DNA of 64,000 nucleotides from contig JBBCKI010000002.1 in the NCBI GenBank assembly GCA_037190965.1, positions 1-64,000 of the forward strand, given 5' to 3'. Position 1 is the first letter of the stretch; every line of letters begins with the position of its first letter. This document shows, piece after piece, positions 59,342-64,000 of the stretch. A model generated the notes under the pieces. The model was not told where the DNA came from. It did not search any database and saw nothing but the letters and a program-made list of their open reading frames with translations. This DNA comes from Chthoniobacteraceae bacterium. Lineage in GTDB: Bacteria > Verrucomicrobiota > Verrucomicrobiia > Chthoniobacterales > Chthoniobacteraceae. The translations under genes and the position numbers were made by a program.

Positions 59342-60958
59342 TCAATTCACCGCCGACGCCTCGGGAGTCGTCTTGGAATCCGCAGAAAGATCGAAAAGCG
59401 GCACGCCGGGGTTTTCCCGCTGGAAGTAATTGAGCGTCCACGTGCTAGGGAACAGCACCACAGGTTGTTCGCCGGAGTCATAGGCGACGCGGCATCCGGT
59501 GGGGAGCTTCAAGGCGTCGAGCTCGCTCGCCGTCGTCCCCTCCCGCAGCCACTTGAGAATCTCCCACGGCACCGATTCCAGTCGCGACGGCGCGCCGTAC
59601 TCGCTTTCCAACCGGTATTGCACCACCTCAAATTGCAGCGGCCCAACCGCCGCCAGAAGCGGCACCCGTTGCCCCGAATCCCGCAGGTAGAAAACCTGCA
59701 TGACCCCCTCCTGCAACAACTGGTCGAGGCCCTGGCGGAACTGCTTGAACTTGCCGGGGTTCGGGTTTTGCAGATAGGCAAAACACTCCGGGGCAAACCG
59801 GGGAATCTCGTTATAAAGCACCGTGCCATCCTCGGTCAGCGTGTCGCCGATCCCAAACTCCGAATGCCCCACCAGCCCGACAATATCCCCCGCGAACGCC
59901 TCGTCCACCGTCTCGCGCTCCTGCCCGAAAAGCTTGTGTGAACTCGAAAGCCGCACCTTCTTGCCGGTGCGTGCGTGGGTCACCACCATGTCGCGCTCGA
60001 AGCGGCCCGAGCAGATGCGCAGGAACGCGATGCGATCGCGGTGCTTCGGGTCCATGTTGGCCTGAATCTTGAAGACGAAGCCGGAAAATGCCTTTTCATC
60101 GGGAGCCACCAGCCGTTCCGCCGAGCGGCGCGGCCCGGGGGGCGCGGAGCGTTCCAGAAAGGAATCGAGGAGCAGTTGAACCCCGAAGTTGTTCATCGCG
60201 CTACCGAAGAACACCGGCGTCAGTTCGCCCTTGAGCACGGCCTCGGCGGAATACTCCTTGCCCGCCATTTCGAGCATCTCCAGTTCCTCCACGGCGCGCG
60301 CGTAGTCGCCCGGGTCAAGCTGTTCACGCACGAGCGGGTCTTCCAGGCTGGTGATCGTCACCGGGGCGCGGTAAGCACCCGCCTTGGTCCGCTCGAAAAG
60401 ATGGAGGTCCTTGGTCTGGCGGTCAAAGACCCCCTTGAAGCCGAACCCGGTGCCCAGGGGCCAGTTGACGGGGAACGCGCCGATGCCGAGCACGCTCTCA
60501 AGTTCGTCCACCAGCTCCAGGGGATCGCGCGTCGGGCGGTCCACCTTGTTCATGAACGTAAAGATCGGCACGCCGCGACGGCGGCAAACCTCGAAAAGTT
60601 TGCGCGTCTGGGTCTCGATGCCCTTGCCCGAGTCGATCACCATCACGACGGCGTCCACGGCAGTGAGCACACGGTAGGTGTCCTCGGAGAAATCTTTGTG
60701 CCCGGGGGTGTCGAGAAGATTGACCCGGTAGCCATTGTAGTCGAACTGCAACACCGTGGAGCTGACGGAGATGCCCCGCTTGCGCTCAAGCTCCATCCAG
60801 TCCGAGGTCGCCGCCCGCTGGCTCTTGCGCGCCGTAACCGACCCGGCAAGCTGCACCGCGCCGCCGTAAAGCAGCAGCTTCTCGGTCAGCGTTGTCTTGC
60901 CCGCGTCCGGGTGGGAAATAATGGCAAACGTTCGCCTTCTGGAAATCTCTTCGCGCAT
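59342..60958 (-). CDS. prfC: Peptide chain release factor 3
   Basis: RRTFAIISHPDAGKTT, DTPGH.DFSEDTYR, NKVD. Confidence 0.97.
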   Translation of the reverse strand: MREEISRRRTFAIISHPDAGKTTLTEKLLLYGGAVQLAGSVTARKSQRAATSDWMELERKRGISVSSTVLQFDYNGYRVNLLDTPGHKDFSEDTYRVLTAVDAVVMVIDSGKGIETQTRKLFEVCRRRGVPIFTFMNKVDRPTRDPLELVDELESVLGIGAFPVNWPLGTGFGFKGVFDRQTKDLHLFERTKAGAYRAPVTITSLEDPLVREQLDPGDYARAVEELEMLEMAGKEYSAEAVLKGELTPVFFGSAMNNFGVQLLLDSFLERSAPPGPRRSAERLVAPDEKAFSGFVFKIQANMDPKHRDRIAFLRICSGRFERDMVVTHARTGKKVRLSSSHKLFGQERETVDEAFAGDIVGLVGHSEFGIGDTLTEDGTVLYNEIPRFAPECFAYLQNPNPGKFKQFRQGLDQLLQEGVMQVFYLRDSGQRVPLLAAVGPLQFEVVQYRLESEYGAPSRLESVPWEILKWLREGTTASELDALKLPTGCRVAYDSGEQPVVLFPSTWTLNYFQRENPGVPLFDLSADSKTTPEASAVN

Positions 60959-61012
60959 GATAGGTGCAAACCCCCAACTTGGGGCAAATCGCCCCGACGC
61001 GCAAGAAGAGTG

Positions 61013-61816
61013 TCAGCGCGGCAGAAGACGGGCGAGCCCGGCGATCTCGGTCTCGGAGAGAGCACGGCCGTAAATGGCAAGGCCGCCAAAAAGCCCCGTA
61101 AAGGGATTGGCGATGGCCGTCCCCGTTTCGACAAAGCCGCCATGACCGTCGGGAACCACACTGACCGGCCTGGCAACGGCGCCGATGGTAAAGTCGGCAT
61201 CCCCCTTGAGCAAAGCGCCGGGGTAATGGAACGGATTGCGCCCCGGTTCCCCCTGCGGCTCACGCACGTCGAGCACACCGTCGAGCCAGGCGCGGGCATG
61301 AATGCCATCGTAGCTGATCGCCACACAATGCCAGGTTTCGACGGAAACGGGGGTGGCCCCAATGGCAACATCCATGCAGTAAGGATGGCCCGGGGTGGGA
61401 CCTCCATGAGTGGAGACGTGAGCCCCCACCTGCTGCGCCGAGTCCCAAATACCCAGGTTCAAGAACATCCCGTACTGGCGGCGATAATGTTCATTCCAAA
61501 CGCCCGCAATGAACTGGCAGCCACTGTAAGAGGTGGGTTCCCGCTTGATCCAAGCAACGACCGTAACATGCGCCCCTTCGCCCCCTATGTTGAGAGCGGG
61601 AGCCTCGGCGGCGGTGGCAAAAAGGTAGTTCGCCGCCACAATGCCGTCGGCGCGGAACCGGAGCGAACGCTGGCCAAAGACACCCTCGCATTCATATTCC
61701 AAAGGGGCTCCGGAAGCATGAAGAGAAACAGGGACAGGTCCCCGGGATTGCAGGGTGTCATCCTGAAAATCCCAAAAGGCAACGAGAGCGGGAAGATCAA
61801 CGACAGAAGCGGTCAT
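61013..61816 (-). CDS. LamG/concanavalin A-like lectin-fold protein
   Basis: VTVVAWIK, WHCVAISYDG....WLDG, F.G....LAIYGRALSE.EI. Confidence 0.8.
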   Translation of the reverse strand: MTASVVDLPALVAFWDFQDDTLQSRGPVPVSLHASGAPLEYECEGVFGQRSLRFRADGIVAANYLFATAAEAPALNIGGEGAHVTVVAWIKREPTSYSGCQFIAGVWNEHYRRQYGMFLNLGIWDSAQQVGAHVSTHGGPTPGHPYCMDVAIGATPVSVETWHCVAISYDGIHARAWLDGVLDVREPQGEPGRNPFHYPGALLKGDADFTIGAVARPVSVVPDGHGGFVETGTAIANPFTGLFGGLAIYGRALSETEIAGLARLLPR

Positions 61817-61854
61817 CTCCCGATCAATTGCGGAAATGCCGAATCAATTACAGC

Positions 61855-63390
61855 TCAAAACAGATCCGCCACCGTCTCCGCCCCCTGAATGCGCGCGTTG
61901 AGCGCGTCCAGGCTTTCGTCGCAGAACGCGGCGATGAGCGGCACGGCCCTTGGACCGTGCGCCGTGTTGAATACGACCTCGTCCCACTGGATCGAGGAGA
62001 TGGCGTCGTTGAACTTCGCCACGGCGCGGCCCCGGAAGAAGGCGCGCGTGGTGGTCGGCGGCTGAAAGATGGCGTCTTTGATGTCTTCCTCCGTCAAAAA
62101 TCTCCGGAGCGAGCAAGTCCGCTGCATCTCGTGATAGAGACCGGCCACCGGGTCGATGTTATGGTATTCGAGATCAAGCGATTGAAGCCAAGGATCGCTC
62201 CAGTCGAGGTTCTCCTCCTCGCGGAAGGAGTTAAGCAGAAACTTCTTCGCCACCCAGTCGAGACGGTCCATGCAACGCATCGGGTCGGCGTGGAGATCGT
62301 TGAGCACCAACTCCCATTCTTCCAACACCCAACGCGCCTCCTCGTCGTCACGGTCGCAATGCTCCTGTGCCGCGCGGAGATAGAGCCGCTGGATGTCGAT
62401 GGCGGAGATTTTTCTCCCGTCGGATAACTCCACAATCCAGTCCCAGCTTGGGTCACGACTGATCGACTTGGCCGCTTCCACGGGGCTGGCCAGATCGATC
62501 ATCGGGGCGTGCCCCTTCTCGATCAACTCCAGAACCAGCGAGGTGGTGCCGATCTTCAGCGCCGTGGCCACTTCGTTCATGTTGGCGTCGCCGATGATGC
62601 AGTGAAAGCGGCGGTACTTGGAGGTGTCGGCATGCGGTTCGTCGCGGGTGTTCACGATGGGACGACGGTTCATCGTGTCGATGGAGACGATTACGCTAAA
62701 GAAATCGGATCGCTGCGAAATCTGGAAAACGCCCGGCTGGGTCTGGCCGTTCTCGCATTCCAGCCCCATCTTGCCCGCGCCAGCGAAGATCTGCCGCGTG
62801 ACGAGGAACGGAACCACACCGCCGACGATCTTGTCCCACGGCACCGTCCGCGCCATGAGATAGTTGTCGTGGCAGCCGAAGGAGTGCCCGATAAAGTCGG
62901 TATTGTTCTTGTAGAGGCGCACCTGCTGGCCATCGGCGATGCGCGCGTTCCGGCGGCGGGCGCATTCCCACATCACCCGCTCCCCCGCCTTGTCCTGCGA
63001 GACGATCTCGCGCAGGGTGGTGCATTCGGGCGTGCTGTATTCCGGGTGCGCGTGGTCGTTGTAAAAACGCGCACCGTTGCTCAGAACAAGGTCGCTCTTG
63101 ATTTCCTCGAAGCTGAGCGGGCGATTCTTGTCGATTTCGAAGTAGGCCGATTCGTCGGTATCCTGCAACAGCTCCTTGGCACGGAAGCCTCTGGCGTCCT
63201 GATGAGGATCTTCGAGATTATAGTCCCACTTCATCGCCGCACCGTGCTCAGTGTAGCTGCGGACGATCTCGATGGATTCCTGCACGACGTCCACCTGCTC
63301 CTGTCCGTCCACGGTGATGCCGTATTCCGTTTCGATGCCGAACACCCTTTTCATACCGCTTGGATGGGTTTTCCCCAAAGTGTTACTCAT
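61855..63390 (-). CDS. dop: Pup deamidase/depupylase (Dop/PafA2 family)
   Basis: GIETEYG, NGARFYNDHAHPEYSTPE, KNNTD, SQR, NTRDEPHAD, RRFH.I.GDAN. Alternative start at 63354. Confidence 0.9.
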   Translation of the reverse strand: MSNTLGKTHPSGMKRVFGIETEYGITVDGQEQVDVVQESIEIVRSYTEHGAAMKWDYNLEDPHQDARGFRAKELLQDTDESAYFEIDKNRPLSFEEIKSDLVLSNGARFYNDHAHPEYSTPECTTLREIVSQDKAGERVMWECARRRNARIADGQQVRLYKNNTDFIGHSFGCHDNYLMARTVPWDKIVGGVVPFLVTRQIFAGAGKMGLECENGQTQPGVFQISQRSDFFSVIVSIDTMNRRPIVNTRDEPHADTSKYRRFHCIIGDANMNEVATALKIGTTSLVLELIEKGHAPMIDLASPVEAAKSISRDPSWDWIVELSDGRKISAIDIQRLYLRAAQEHCDRDDEEARWVLEEWELVLNDLHADPMRCMDRLDWVAKKFLLNSFREEENLDWSDPWLQSLDLEYHNIDPVAGLYHEMQRTCSLRRFLTEEDIKDAIFQPPTTTRAFFRGRAVAKFNDAISSIQWDEVVFNTAHGPRAVPLIAAFCDESLDALNARIQGAETVADLF

Positions 63391-64000
63391 TTAAATGACA
63401 TGCATGTGCGGCGTTGCCTTTGCCGCCGCCCCGTACCGCACCGGAGCGATCCGGACCACGTTTTCCGAATCGTAGTCGATCAGCTTCAGCCAATCCTCCG
63501 TAATATCGCTGGGCGGGAAAATGTCGTTCTCCAGATACTCGGCGTCGAGCGACAGCCGGAGATCCGTCTCGCTGATGCCTTCAGGCTTCCCGGTGGCGAT
63601 GGCGCGCTTGATGGCGATCGCCTTGGCGCGCTCCACAATGGAAGCGATGATCGCCCCGCTCACCAGATCGCCCCGGTAGAGCACCTCCTTGCGGCCGCTC
63701 CGCAGGGTGACCTCCAGAAAACGGTTCTCATCGCGGCGATCAAACTGCCATTCAAGCAGCTTTTCCACCAAAGCCTCCACCGCCTCCGGCGTCCCGCCGG
63801 TTTCCCGCAACAGCACTGGATCATACGGAAGATGTTGCCCCAGATAGATCTTGTAGATCTCCCGAGCACCATCGCGGTCCGGCCGGTTCACCTTGATCTT
63901 CCGATCGATCCGCCCCGGGCGCAGGATCGCGGGGTCGATCAGGTCGGCCCGGTTGGAAGCCAGGATGATCACGACGTCGTTGAGCGAATCGATGCCGTCC
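63391..64000 (-). CDS. arc: Proteasome-associated AAA ATPase (ARC/Mpa), C-terminal part; 5' end outside the window
   Basis: DGIDSLNDVVIILASNRADLIDPAILRPGRID, SGAII.SIV.RAK..AIKR; adjacent to dop. Confidence 0.88.
   Translation of the reverse strand, partial: DGIDSLNDVVIILASNRADLIDPAILRPGRIDRKIKVNRPDRDGAREIYKIYLGQHLPYDPVLLRETGGTPEAVEALVEKLLEWQFDRRDENRFLEVTLRSGRKEVLYRGDLVSGAIIASIVERAKAIAIKRAIATGKPEGISETDLRLSLDAEYLENDIFPPSDITEDWLKLIDYDSENVVRIAPVRYGAAAKATPHMHVI

Overview
Bacterial chromosomal window, most likely Verrucomicrobiota (Chthoniobacterales/Terrimicrobium-like). This is inferred from PEP-CTERM proteins, an LpxL-WaaF fusion, mcsA-mcsB-clpC and arc-dop; it is not a database result. The window has two parts. 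(1) Positions 1-14767 are a visibly less GC-rich accessory island abutting the 3' end of tRNA-Arg(CCT), running off the left edge, with the content of a defence island. It holds an XRE regulator, a ~600-nt hairpin-dense non-coding stretch, and a ~2,490-aa single polypeptide fusing a DnaG-type primase (CHC2 zinc finger + TOPRIM), a YVDD reverse transcriptase, a long unassigned middle and a C-terminal nitrilase (E-K-C triad). Converging on it are an ApeA-like HEPN gene and an HD-CE/Hsp90-like ATPase gene, followed by gene debris and an IS5 remnant. (2) Positions 14768-64000 are GC-rich, mostly housekeeping genes (oppA, secG, ispE, parB, clpC-mcsB-mcsA, ilvE, trmL, rlmN, PBP1A, phosphosugar mutase, lnt, hrpA, prfC, dop, arc). 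They include small islets (PEP-CTERM protein behind tRNA-Arg(ACG), Fic, BlaI/M56-secretin-like) and GTAG-type REP/REPIN repeats. The best candidate for an undescribed system is the XRE + putative structured ncRNA + primase-RT-nitrilase unit at ~243-8621. All protein calls come from motif recognition by eye, without searches.
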